Positions 37,560 to 46,364 of a stretch of 64,000 bases of DNA are shown piece after piece. The first letter of the stretch is position 1. Each line of letters starts with the position of its first letter. The stretch covers positions 213,712-277,711 of the forward strand of contig JBMNQB010000001.1 of assembly GCA_050943915.1 (NCBI GenBank). Direction: 5' to 3'. The DNA is from Lawsonibacter sp. (lineage in GTDB: Bacteria; Bacillota; Clostridia; Oscillospirales; Oscillospiraceae). Made by a program: the position numbers and the translations under genes. The notes beneath the pieces were generated by a model. The model saw only the letters and a list, made by a program, of their open reading frames with translations. It was not told the DNA's origin and did not search any database.

Positions 37560-37819
37560 CCGCACCGGCCGCAATTTTGGGAAAACCAGGCCCCAGTGGG
37601 CCGGAAAGAACCGCTGACCGCCACTCAGATCTTGCGCGCCGGAAATGCTCAGATCATGTTCAGGCGTGCGTCCCCCGCAGCGGGGTCCGGGGAAAGCGGT
37701 CCTATGGACCTAGGCGGAGCAGAGCGGAGCCGTAGCCCATCGGCCGCGTCCCCGGCGATCCTTTGGTTTCTTTCCCATCGCTGGGAAAGAAACTCGCCGC
37801 CGGGGCGGCGAAGCTCCCC
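37560..37819. repeat. Hairpin-rich non-coding element (putative dispersed repeat/MITE)
   Basis: Several GC hairpins, e.g. TTTCTTTCCCA TCGC TGGGAAAGAAA and TCGCCGCC GG GGCGGCGA; no credible gene. Confidence 0.4.
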
Positions 37820-38120
37820 CCGCTCACTCCAGATCCAGCTGTCCCAGGGCCTCCAGCGCCCGCTTCGACAGCTCCGCATTTTTGTTCCGCTTTTCTCCCG
37901 GAAGCGTGTCTCTCACGCTTCCGGGGACCCGGTTTTTTGAATCCTCGGGCGGAGTGAATCCGCCCTCCGGCAAGGTCCGGCTCCGCCGGACGCTTGGACG
38001 CCGCACAGCGGCGGGGCGCTCATGCGCCCAAAGGCAAGCGGAGTCGTCCGCTTACTCCAGATCCAGCTGTCCCAGGGCCTCCAGCGCCCGCTTCGACAGC
38101 TCCGCATTTTTGTTCCGCTT
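37820..38120. repeat. 73 bp duplication of the trmFO 3' end (37820-37892 / 38048-38120) flanking a structured element
   Basis: 72/73 identical (TAA in gene, TGA in copy); 228 bp apart. Confidence 0.95.
37893..38047. mobile_element. Small structured non-coding element, copy 2 (MITE-like; mobility inferred)
   Basis: Same conserved blocks and hairpin order as 34648-34822. Confidence 0.6.
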
Positions 38121-39356
38121 GCCTTTGACCCGATAGCCCAATGGGGGGATCAGGCCGAAGTTCACATTCATCGGTTGAAAGTTTACCACACTTGGGTCGC
38201 TGATGTAAAGGGCCAGCGCCCCCATGGCGGTCTCCCGGGGGAAGTCGATGGGGCTCTTTCCCTCCAGCTCCCGGGCCAGCTCCAGGGCTGCCAGGCAGCC
38301 GGAGGCCGTGGACTCCACATAGCCCTCCACCCCGGTGACCTGTCCGGCAAAGCGGATGCGCGGCTCTGCCCGCACCCGGAAATAGCGGTCCAGCAGCCGG
38401 GGGGAGTCCAGGAAGGTGTTCCGGTGCATCACCCCATAGCGCACATACTCCGCATTCCGCAGGGCGGGGATCATGGAAAACACCCGCTTCTGCTCCGGCC
38501 ATTTCAGGTGGGTCTGGAAGCCTACAATGTTGTAGATGCTCCCCTGGGCGTTGTCCTTGCGCAGCTGCACCACGGCAAAGGGCTCCCGCCCGGTCTTGGG
38601 GTCCTTCAGGCCCACCGGCTTCAAAGGCCCGTAGCACAGGGTGTCCCGCCCCCGGCGAGCCATCACCTCCACAGGCATACAGCCCTCAAAGACCCCGGCG
38701 TCCTCAAAGCCGTGGACCTCCGCCTCCTGGGCGGTGACCAGGGCCTCCCAGAAGTGCTGGTACTCCTCCTCTGTCATGGGGCAGTTGATGTAATCCGGCG
38801 TCCCCCGGTCATACCGGGAGGCAAACCAGGCGCTCTCCATATCCACACTGTCAAAGGTGACCAGCGGGGCTGCCGCGTCAAAGAAGTGCAGATAGCCGTT
38901 CTCAGGATAGCGCCGGGCGATGGCCTCCGCCAGGGGGTCGGAGGTCAGCGGCCCGCTGGCCACGATGACCTGTCCCTCCGCCGGAAGGTCTGTGACCTCC
39001 CCCTCCTCCACGGTGATCATGGGGTGGCTCCGAAGCTTCTCCGTGATGGCCTCGGAGAAGGCGTTGCGGTCCACTGCCAGCGCGCCCCCCGCCTCCACCC
39101 GGTGTGCGTCGGCGCAGGCCATGATCAGGGAGCCGCAGCGGCGCAGCTCCTCTTTCAGCAGCCCCACCGCGTTCTCCAGCTGGTCGGAGCGCAGGGAGTT
39201 GGAGCACACCAGCTCGCCGAAGGACGGGCTGTGGTGGGCCGGGGTCATCTTTTGGGGCTTCATCTCCCGGAGCGTCACGGGGATCCCCCGCCGGGCCAGC
39301 TGCCAGGCGGCCTCGCTGCCCGCCAGGCCCGCTCCAATCACAATTACAGGTTCCAT
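38052..39356 (-). CDS. trmFO: Folate/FAD-dependent tRNA (uracil-5-)-methyltransferase
   Basis: VIGAGLAGSEAA, ELVCSNSL, VGFQTHLKW, YGVMHRNTF, GVEGYVES. Confidence 0.96.
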   Translation of the reverse strand: MEPVIVIGAGLAGSEAAWQLARRGIPVTLREMKPQKMTPAHHSPSFGELVCSNSLRSDQLENAVGLLKEELRRCGSLIMACADAHRVEAGGALAVDRNAFSEAITEKLRSHPMITVEEGEVTDLPAEGQVIVASGPLTSDPLAEAIARRYPENGYLHFFDAAAPLVTFDSVDMESAWFASRYDRGTPDYINCPMTEEEYQHFWEALVTAQEAEVHGFEDAGVFEGCMPVEVMARRGRDTLCYGPLKPVGLKDPKTGREPFAVVQLRKDNAQGSIYNIVGFQTHLKWPEQKRVFSMIPALRNAEYVRYGVMHRNTFLDSPRLLDRYFRVRAEPRIRFAGQVTGVEGYVESTASGCLAALELARELEGKSPIDFPRETAMGALALYISDPSVVNFQPMNVNFGLIPPLGYRVKGKRNKNAELSKRALEALGQLDLE

Positions 39357-39400
39357 GGGTCCCTCCTGATTCTGATTTTCCTTGTGTGTTTCGCGGCGCG

Positions 39401-39607
39401 TCACCGCTCGTCTGTCCGTCCCACCAGATAGTCGATGGTGACGCCATAAAAATCGGCCATCTGCCACAAGGCAGACGCGTCTGGCTCACGCTCCCCCGCC
39501 TCATACCGGCGGTAGGAGCGATAGGCGATCCCCATTTTTTCCGCGGCTGTCTGCTGTGTCAGGCGCTGCTCCGTCCGCAGATACAAAAGTCTCTCTGATA
39601 ATTTCAT
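39401..39607 (-). CDS. XRE-type HTH protein
   Basis: LTQQTAAEKMGIAYRSYRRYEAGEREP...ADFYGVTIDYLVGR. Confidence 0.88.
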   Translation of the reverse strand: MKLSERLLYLRTEQRLTQQTAAEKMGIAYRSYRRYEAGEREPDASALWQMADFYGVTIDYLVGRTDER

Positions 39608-39732
39608 CCCATCTCTGGAACAGTCTAATCTATCTTGGCAGAGCCTTCAATATGGAGACCTTCTGTTCCTTTACCTCCGCTCGTCTGTCCGTCCCACCAG
39701 ATAGTCGATGGTGACGCCATAAAAATCGGCCA
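39404..39732. repeat. Identical 56 bp 3' segments of two tandem XRE genes (39404-39459 / 39677-39732)
   Basis: 56/56 identical, 273 bp apart; upstream parts of the genes are divergent. Confidence 0.95.
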
Positions 39733-39889
39733 GAGCGATCAGCATTTTGATGTTAGGCTCGTTATCCTCGCTCTCATAAAATTGATAGCCCCGAATGCTG
39801 ATCCCCAGATACTCAGCTAACTCCTTTTGGCTCACCTTGCGCTCTTTTCTCAGCACTCGCAAACGATCTCCAAACAATTTATGACTCAC
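39671..39889 (-). CDS. XRE-type HTH protein
   Basis: VSQKELAEYLGISIRGYQFYE...ADFYGVTIDYLVGR; GTG start. Confidence 0.88.
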   Translation of the reverse strand: MSHKLFGDRLRVLRKERKVSQKELAEYLGISIRGYQFYESEDNEPNIKMLIALADFYGVTIDYLVGRTDERR

Positions 39890-39892
39890 CTC

Positions 39893-39941
39893 TTGACATG
39901 TATAATTTATTCGTGTTATAACATGTATAAATTATACATGT
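39893..39941. promoter_or_regulatory. Divergent promoter with repeated ACATGTATAA operator half-sites
   Basis: TTGACA (39893); TG-N-TATAAC (39917); ACATGTATAATTTAT (39896-39910) inverts perfectly to 39927-39941; 39921-39941 is itself a palindrome. Confidence 0.75.
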
Positions 39942-39954
39942 TTGGGGTGGTTCT

Positions 39955-40218
39955 ATGACCCGTCTGTCCAGTGTCCTCTATCAGTACGTCCTGGAGCGCT
40001 CAGAAGCCTTTCTGGCCCTCATGCCGGAATATCCGGACTGCCGCCGCTTCTCCGGCGAGCGGGAGGCCGCCCTGCGGGCTGTCCTCTCCCCGGACGCCCG
40101 CATCCTTCTGGACGACCTTCTCCGGGAACGGGCGCTCCAGCACAGGGCGGAGCAGGAGGCCGTCTTTCAGGCCTCCCTCAGCCTGTGCCGGGAGCTGTAC
40201 CGGTCCGCCCTGGGGTAG
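39955..40218 (+). CDS. Small helical hypothetical protein (DUF6809-like)
   Basis: 87 aa, VLYQY...EQEAVFQASLSLCREL; same position relative to an XRE gene as 37286-37558. Confidence 0.6.
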   Translation: MTRLSSVLYQYVLERSEAFLALMPEYPDCRRFSGEREAALRAVLSPDARILLDDLLRERALQHRAEQEAVFQASLSLCRELYRSALG

Positions 40219-40236
40219 GGCAGGGCGGCCCCGCGC

Positions 40237-42672
40237 TCACGCCTCTCCGTCCGTGCTCTCCCCGTCCGCCTTTTTAGCGGCGGTTTTCTTGGCGGCTGTC
40301 TTTTTGGCGGCTGTCTTTTTGGCGGTTGTCTTTTTCGCCGCAGTTTTCTCAGCCGCCGTCTTGGACGCTGTCTTTTTGGCGGTGCTGGTCTTTTTTGCGC
40401 CGGTCTTGGAGTCCGCCGTTTTTTTGGCCGTGGTCTTTTTCCCGGCAGCCTTCTTGGTCTCGGGCTGCTTCTCCTCCGGGGAGGTCCCGGCCTCGCCGTC
40501 CCCCTCCCCGGCGGCGTCTGCCGTCTTTTTCTTCCAGCCGCCCCGCTTCTCCTCCGGGGTGAAGTTGGGGCAGCCCTCATGGATGCAGAAGGGCTTCTTG
40601 AACCCCCGCCCTGACTTCTTGAACATGGTCCAGCCGCACTCCGGGCAGTTGTCCTTCACCGGCACGTCCCAGGTCATAAAGTCGCACCTTCTGGCCTCGT
40701 CCTTGCTGTTGAGATGCTCACAGCAGTAATAGGTGTACTGCTTATTGGTCTTTTTGCTCTTTCCCGTGCGCTTGAGCAGGCGGCCGCCGCACTTGGGGCA
40801 CTTGCCGGGCATCTCCACCACCAGGGGCATGGTGAAGTCGCACTCCGGCCAGCCAGGGCAGGCCAGGAAGCGGCCGAACCGGCCGGACTTAATGACCAGG
40901 TTCCGGCCGCACTGGGGGCAGATCTCCTCTGAGACCTCGTCGGGCACCTTGATGCGCTCTCCGTCCAGCTCCTGCTCCGCCTTGTGGAGCTCCGCCTCGA
41001 AGTCCTCGTAGAACTCGGACAGGACCCGCTTCCAGTCCACGGTGCCCTCCTCTACCTTGTCCAGCTCTTCCTCCATCTGGGCGGTAAAGGTGGGGTCCAC
41101 GATGTCCTGGAACTTGTCCTTCATCAGACCGGTGACCACCTCTCCCAGAGGGGTGGGCCGGAGGGCCCGCCCCTCCTTCACCACATACTCCCGGTTGAGG
41201 ATGGTGGAGATGGTGGGGGCGTAGGTGGAGGGGCGTCCGATTCCCTTCTCCTCCAGGGCGCGGATCAGGGTGGCCTCGGAGTAACGGGCGGGAGGCTGGG
41301 TGAAGTGCTGCTCCTTCCGGGTCTCCTTCAGCTCCAGAGGCTCCCCCTCCCGCAGATCGGGCAGGGGGGACTGGGGGGCCTCCTCCTCGTCGTCCCGGCC
41401 CTCCTCATAGACGGCGGTAAAGCCGGAGAACTTCAGCTCCGAGTGGCTGGCCCGGAAGGTATAGCCGGCGGACTGCGCCTCGATGGAGACGCTGTCATAC
41501 ACCGCGCTGGCCATCTGACAGGCCAGGAAGCGGCTCCAGATCAGCTTATAAAGGCGGAACTGCTCGCTGGTCAGGTCCTTCTTGATGTCCTCCGGCACCA
41601 GGTTCACGTCGGAGGGCCGGATGGCCTCGTGGGCGTCCTGGGCGTTGCCCTTGGACTTGTAGTGCCGGGCCTGGGGGGGATAGTACTCCCGGCCATAGCG
41701 GTGCTCGATAAAGCCCTTGGCCGCGGCGATGGCCTCCTCCGACAGGCGGAGGGAGTCGGTACGCATATAGGTGATCAGACCCACTGTGCCCTCGCCGGTG
41801 ATGTCAACCCCCTCATAGAGCTGCTGGGCGATGGACATGGTTCGGGCGGGGGTCATGTTCAGCTTGCGGGAGGCCTCCTGCTGGAGGGTGGAGGTGGTGA
41901 AGGGGGGCGCGGGATTGCGCAGCTTGTCCTGCCGCTTCACCTTGGAGACGGTAAAGGGCTGGCCCGACACCGCCTGGATCACAGCGTCCGCCTCCGCCTC
42001 GCTGTGCAGCTCCATCTTTTTCTCCCGGCCATGGAACATAGCCTGGAACCCGCCTAAATTGGGACGCACCCGGCCCAGGTCCGCCTGGATGGACCAGTAC
42101 TCCTGGGGCTGGAAGGCACGGATCTCCTCCTCCCGCTCCACCACCAGGCGGGTGGCAACCGACTGCACCCGGCCGGCGGACAGCCCCCGCCGGATCTTCT
42201 TCCACAGCAGGGGAGAGAGCTCATAGCCCACGATCCGGTCCAGGATGCGCCGGGCCTGCTGGGCGTCCACCAGGTTCTGGTCGATGGCCCGGGGGCTGGC
42301 AATGGACTCGTTGACCACCTTTTTGGTGATCTCATTGAAGGTCACCCGATAGGTCTTGTCATCGGGGATGCCCAGCAGCTCCTTCAAATGCCAGGAGATG
42401 GCCTCCCCCTCCCGGTCGGGGTCGGTGGCCAGATAGACCCGGCCGCTCTTTTTGGCCGCCTTTTTCAGGTCGCTGATCACATCCTCCTTTCCCTTGATGG
42501 GCTGATAGTTGGGGATGAACCCGCCCTCGATGTCCACGCTCATCTTGCTCTTGGGCAGATCCCGGACGTGCCCCATGGACGCTTTCACTTCATAGCCCGG
42601 GCCAAGGTACTTTCCAATGGTCTTTGCCTTGGACGGGGACTCTACGATCACCAGATCAGTTTTTGATGCCAT
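40237..42672 (-). CDS. topA: DNA topoisomerase I with Zn ribbons and a Lys/Ala-rich tail
   Basis: VIVESPSKAKTI, ATDPDREGEAI, ITYMRTDS catalytic Tyr, zinc ribbons, C-terminal (KKTAA)n. Confidence 0.97.
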   Translation of the reverse strand: MASKTDLVIVESPSKAKTIGKYLGPGYEVKASMGHVRDLPKSKMSVDIEGGFIPNYQPIKGKEDVISDLKKAAKKSGRVYLATDPDREGEAISWHLKELLGIPDDKTYRVTFNEITKKVVNESIASPRAIDQNLVDAQQARRILDRIVGYELSPLLWKKIRRGLSAGRVQSVATRLVVEREEEIRAFQPQEYWSIQADLGRVRPNLGGFQAMFHGREKKMELHSEAEADAVIQAVSGQPFTVSKVKRQDKLRNPAPPFTTSTLQQEASRKLNMTPARTMSIAQQLYEGVDITGEGTVGLITYMRTDSLRLSEEAIAAAKGFIEHRYGREYYPPQARHYKSKGNAQDAHEAIRPSDVNLVPEDIKKDLTSEQFRLYKLIWSRFLACQMASAVYDSVSIEAQSAGYTFRASHSELKFSGFTAVYEEGRDDEEEAPQSPLPDLREGEPLELKETRKEQHFTQPPARYSEATLIRALEEKGIGRPSTYAPTISTILNREYVVKEGRALRPTPLGEVVTGLMKDKFQDIVDPTFTAQMEEELDKVEEGTVDWKRVLSEFYEDFEAELHKAEQELDGERIKVPDEVSEEICPQCGRNLVIKSGRFGRFLACPGWPECDFTMPLVVEMPGKCPKCGGRLLKRTGKSKKTNKQYTYYCCEHLNSKDEARRCDFMTWDVPVKDNCPECGWTMFKKSGRGFKKPFCIHEGCPNFTPEEKRGGWKKKTADAAGEGDGEAGTSPEEKQPETKKAAGKKTTAKKTADSKTGAKKTSTAKKTASKTAAEKTAAKKTTAKKTAAKKTAAKKTAAKKADGESTDGEA

Positions 42673-42758
42673 TCTGCAATGACCTCCGAATCAGAAATAT
42701 GAACCGCGGCGCTGCCGCGCGAAAAAAACAATACAGGAACGGGCGCTCCGCCCGCATC

Positions 42759-44015
42759 TCACTCCTCCAGCTCCACCAGAGGGGAAAACCGCTTCCCGGG
42801 GTGCTCCCGGGCAGCTCCGTCCACCTGAAGCATGGTCAGGGCGGACAGCACCCGGCGGGCCGGGATCTGGGTCTCCTCCACCAGCTCGTCCGCGGTACAA
42901 GGCATCTTCCGCCCCGCCATAGCCCGGAGCAGGGTCAGCTGGTCGTCGGTGAAACGGGAGCGCTGCTCCCCCCGGGGGACCCGCTCCAGGTCTGGACCCC
43001 CGTCCTCCTGCGGACCGCCGGGGGCGGGAGCCTCCTCCCGCTCCTTCTCCGGTCCGGTCTCCTCCGGGGCCTTCCGGCTCCGGAGCTGCTCCAGCCGCTG
43101 CTGGGCCGCCTCCGGCGGCAGCGGGGCGGACTGGGCCAGCTTCTGGGGAAAGCGGAGCCAATACTCCTCCAGGATGTCCTGGGTGCAAGTCACCGGATGG
43201 GCTCCCTGGCGGAGGAGCCAGTTGGGGCCCTCGCTTCTGGGGGCGTCGATGTTCCCCGGCACCGCGAAAATATCCCGGTCCTGGTCCATGGCGTGCTCCA
43301 CCGTTTTCATGGTCCCGCTGAACCGGGCGCACTCCACCGCCACCACCCCCAGGGACAGCCCGCTGATGAGGCGGTTGCGCACTGGGAAGTGCTCCGCCTT
43401 GTGGCGCGTGCCGGGCGGGTACTCGCTGATGAGGGCTCCGGCCGCCGCCACATCCTCATAGAGAAAGCGGTTCTGGCTGGGATAGGGCACGTCCACCCCG
43501 CCCGCCAGCACAGAGACCACGGGCCCGCCTCCCTTGAGCGCCCCCTTCAGGGCGGTGGAGTCGATCCCCTGGGCGATGCCGGAGACCAGCAGAGCCCCGC
43601 CCCGGGCCAGCTCCAGGCCCAGCTGGGCGGCCACCCGCTCCCCGTAGGGGGAAGGGTCCCGGCTGCCCACTACGCCGATGGCCGCCTCCTCGTCAAAGCG
43701 GAACACCCGGCCCCGAATGTACAGCACCGCCGGCGGCGCGGCGATCTCCCGCAGGCGGCCGGGGTAGTCCCCGTCCTGGAGGGTCATCACCCGCAGGCCC
43801 AGCCGGTCGCACTCCCCCAGGATCCGGTCGGCCTCCTCCATCCCCTTCTCACGGAGGGATGCCCGGGCCGCGGCGGGCAGCTCCGGGATCTGATCGTACT
43901 GCTCCGGATCGGCGTAAAATGCCCGCTCCGGCGTGCCGAAGTACTCCAGCACCCGAAGCACGCCTCTGGGTCCCAGTGCCTTTCTTGTGGTCAGCCAGAT
44001 CCACTCCTGAAGCAT
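42759..44015 (-). CDS. dprA: DNA processing protein A
   Basis: YPGRLREIAAPP, VVGSR, SGIAQGID, HFPVRNRLISGLS, FAVPGNI; C-terminal winged helix. Confidence 0.95.
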   Translation of the reverse strand: MLQEWIWLTTRKALGPRGVLRVLEYFGTPERAFYADPEQYDQIPELPAAARASLREKGMEEADRILGECDRLGLRVMTLQDGDYPGRLREIAAPPAVLYIRGRVFRFDEEAAIGVVGSRDPSPYGERVAAQLGLELARGGALLVSGIAQGIDSTALKGALKGGGPVVSVLAGGVDVPYPSQNRFLYEDVAAAGALISEYPPGTRHKAEHFPVRNRLISGLSLGVVAVECARFSGTMKTVEHAMDQDRDIFAVPGNIDAPRSEGPNWLLRQGAHPVTCTQDILEEYWLRFPQKLAQSAPLPPEAAQQRLEQLRSRKAPEETGPEKEREEAPAPGGPQEDGGPDLERVPRGEQRSRFTDDQLTLLRAMAGRKMPCTADELVEETQIPARRVLSALTMLQVDGAAREHPGKRFSPLVELEE

Positions 44016-44096
44016 GGAGCGCCCTCCTCTCATAGAATATCTTTACAACTGCCGTCGTTCTGTGGTACGCTTAGGGCACGAAACGGGGGGATCTCT

Positions 44097-45332
44097 GTGA
44101 GAATTTCCGGTCATGCGCCGCTCCAAAGCGCCAGTCTCCGTGCCTGGGTGGTCTGCCTGGGCTGTGGGCTGGCCCTGTTCACGGTGATGGGGCTGGGCGT
44201 CAACGCTTTTACAGTCTATCAGCCCCATCTGCTCCGCGTCCACGGCTTCACCAACGCCCAGGGCTCCTGGATCACCACAGTCCGGAGCCTGTTCGCCCTG
44301 CTGTCCATGCTCACGGTGGACCGCCTGTGCCGCCGGCTGGGCCTGCGGAACACCATGGTCCTGGGAATGGCCTGTTTTGTGGGCTCCTATCTCCTTTTCG
44401 GCTTTGCCCACAGCTTCTCCGCCTACTGCAGCGGGGCCGTTCTGGCCGGCCTTGCCTATGGCTATGGGGGTATGATCCCCCTCACGCTGGTCATCTCCCG
44501 CTGGTTCCCCACCGGCCGGGGCTTTGCCCTAGGGATGGCCGCCGCAGGCAGCGGCATCTCCACCATCTTTGCCCCGCCCCTGATCACCAGAGCCATCCAG
44601 GCCCTGGGGCTGTCCGCCGCCTTTCTCTGGGAGGCGGCCGCCGGGGTGCTGCTCACCCTGCTGGTGCTTCTTTTGGTGCGGGACTCCCCTGACTGCCCGG
44701 AGCTTCAGCGGGCCGGGGACTCCGCACCCGGAGGCCGGGGGGAGGGGCTGAGCCGCCCCCTCCTGGGGATGGTGCTCCTGTCCGCCTTTCTCACCGGCGG
44801 TCCCTGCGGACCGGGCTTCTCCCATCTCACAGTGCTGTACACCTCCGCCGGCTTCTCCAGCGGAACGGCGGCCCTGCTCATGTCCTATCTGGGGCTTGTC
44901 CTCATCGCTGCCAAGGTGCTCTATGGATGGCTCAGCGACCGCCTGGGCAGCCGGATGGCCAACAGCCTGATCTTCGGCGTCTTTCTGGCCGGCTTCGCCC
45001 TGTGCTGTCTGGCTCCCACCCGGAGCCTCCCACTGGCCGCCGCCGCCATCACCCTCACCGGTCTGGGGATGCCCCTCTCCTCGGTCACCCTCTCCGTGTG
45101 GGCGGGGGATCTGAGCGCACCGGAGGACTACGACCAGCTGGTCAAGTGGCTGTCCTCCGCCTATATGCTGGGCTCCCTGGTCACGGGGCCGGTCCCCGGC
45201 CTGCTGGCCGACCGCTGCGGCGGCAGCTATGTCCCCGCCTATCTCCTGTTCCTGTTCTTCCTGCTGGTCTCCATGCTGCTCATCCAGACCGTCTACCGGC
45301 GCACTGGGGCGGGCGGCAGGCCCCAGCACTGA
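44097..45332 (+). CDS. MFS transporter (OFA/MCT-like)
   Basis: GTG start after a G-rich RBS; about 12 TM segments, SRWFPTGRGFALG, GWLSDRLG. Confidence 0.85.
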   Translation: MRISGHAPLQSASLRAWVVCLGCGLALFTVMGLGVNAFTVYQPHLLRVHGFTNAQGSWITTVRSLFALLSMLTVDRLCRRLGLRNTMVLGMACFVGSYLLFGFAHSFSAYCSGAVLAGLAYGYGGMIPLTLVISRWFPTGRGFALGMAAAGSGISTIFAPPLITRAIQALGLSAAFLWEAAAGVLLTLLVLLLVRDSPDCPELQRAGDSAPGGRGEGLSRPLLGMVLLSAFLTGGPCGPGFSHLTVLYTSAGFSSGTAALLMSYLGLVLIAAKVLYGWLSDRLGSRMANSLIFGVFLAGFALCCLAPTRSLPLAAAAITLTGLGMPLSSVTLSVWAGDLSAPEDYDQLVKWLSSAYMLGSLVTGPVPGLLADRCGGSYVPAYLLFLFFLLVSMLLIQTVYRRTGAGGRPQH

Positions 45333-45376
45333 ACGCTCGGCGCGTCCGGCTCCCAGAGCCCGGGCGCGCCGTCTGT

Positions 45377-46156
45377 TTACTCCTCCAGCCCGCTCTGGCG
45401 GACCATCTCCCACAGGACGATGGAGGCCGCCGCAGCCGCGTTGAGGGACTCACAGCGGCTGCGCATCGGGATGCGGATGGTCTGGCCGCTGCGGTCCAGC
45501 AGACCTTGGGAGACGCCCCGGCCCTCGCTGCCAATGATCACCGCGCACCGGCCCAGATCGGCCTGCTCCAGTGAGATCGTATCCGCCCGCAGGGCAGTGG
45601 CATACAGCGGCAGGCCGGAGCGCTCCAGCAGGGCGCACAGCTCCTCCGGCCCGGTCTCCCACACCGGGAGCCGGAAGCAGGCCCCCATGGAGGCCCGCAC
45701 CGTCTTGGGCCCAAATGGATCTGCACAGCTGTTCACCAGCAAAAGGCCGTCCGCCCCCAGTGCGTCAGCGGTACGCCAGATGGTCCCCACATTCCCCGGG
45801 TCCTGCACCCCGTCCAGCACCAGATACCGCCGGCCCTCCAGCCGCTCCGGCGGGGCGGTCTCCGGCAGGCGGGCCAGGAACAGGGCGCCCTGAGGCGTAT
45901 TCATGGGGGAGATGGTCTCCATCACATCCCGGGGCACCTGGATGGCCCGGACGCCCTGGGGCAGCTCCGGAACAGCCTCCCCCTCGGTCACCACTGCTGT
46001 GGTAAGGGGAGCTCCCCAGCGCAGCGCCTCCTCCAGCAGCTTGACCCCGTCCCCCAGGTACTCCCCCGCCTCCCGGCGGGCCCTGGCGCTGCCGGAGGAC
46101 AGCTTTTTTATTTTCATTAAAAGTGGGTTCTTCCGGCTGGTGATCCGCTCCATCAT
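45377..46156 (-). CDS. TrmH/SpoU-family RNA methyltransferase
   Basis: DGVQDPGNVGT, IGSEGRG, IPM, ESLNAAAAA. Confidence 0.92.
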   Translation of the reverse strand: MMERITSRKNPLLMKIKKLSSGSARARREAGEYLGDGVKLLEEALRWGAPLTTAVVTEGEAVPELPQGVRAIQVPRDVMETISPMNTPQGALFLARLPETAPPERLEGRRYLVLDGVQDPGNVGTIWRTADALGADGLLLVNSCADPFGPKTVRASMGACFRLPVWETGPEELCALLERSGLPLYATALRADTISLEQADLGRCAVIIGSEGRGVSQGLLDRSGQTIRIPMRSRCESLNAAAAASIVLWEMVRQSGLEE

Positions 46157-46364
46157 AACTGCTCCAGTCGCACCTTTCCTGTGGGAGTCCAACTGACGCG
46201 CCGGCGCGGCTGTCCGCCCGGCTTCAATCCCTGCGCAGAAAAGCATACCAATGGGAACAATTTCCATCGGTATGCCTTTCCAAATCGTCAGTTCAAGGGT
46301 CTCATGTTGGAGATCTCCCGTTTCATTGTGTTCAAATCCATACCGGTTCCGGGCCTGTCCAGTC

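Noticed and set aside
34594-38120. Gene-end duplications as a classical diversity-generating retroelement (TR/VR)
   Set aside because: No reverse transcriptase or avd in the window, the targets are housekeeping C-termini, and there is only one mismatch each. The A/G pattern is kept only as a weak note.
36962-40218. XRE genes as a prophage or ICE remnant
   Set aside because: No integrase, structural, replication or conjugation genes nearby; the flanks are core housekeeping genes.
42624-44096. 5' two-thirds of the 902-aa plus-strand ORF
   Set aside because: It lies antisense to dprA; only the part from GTG 44097 is MFS-like and has an RBS.
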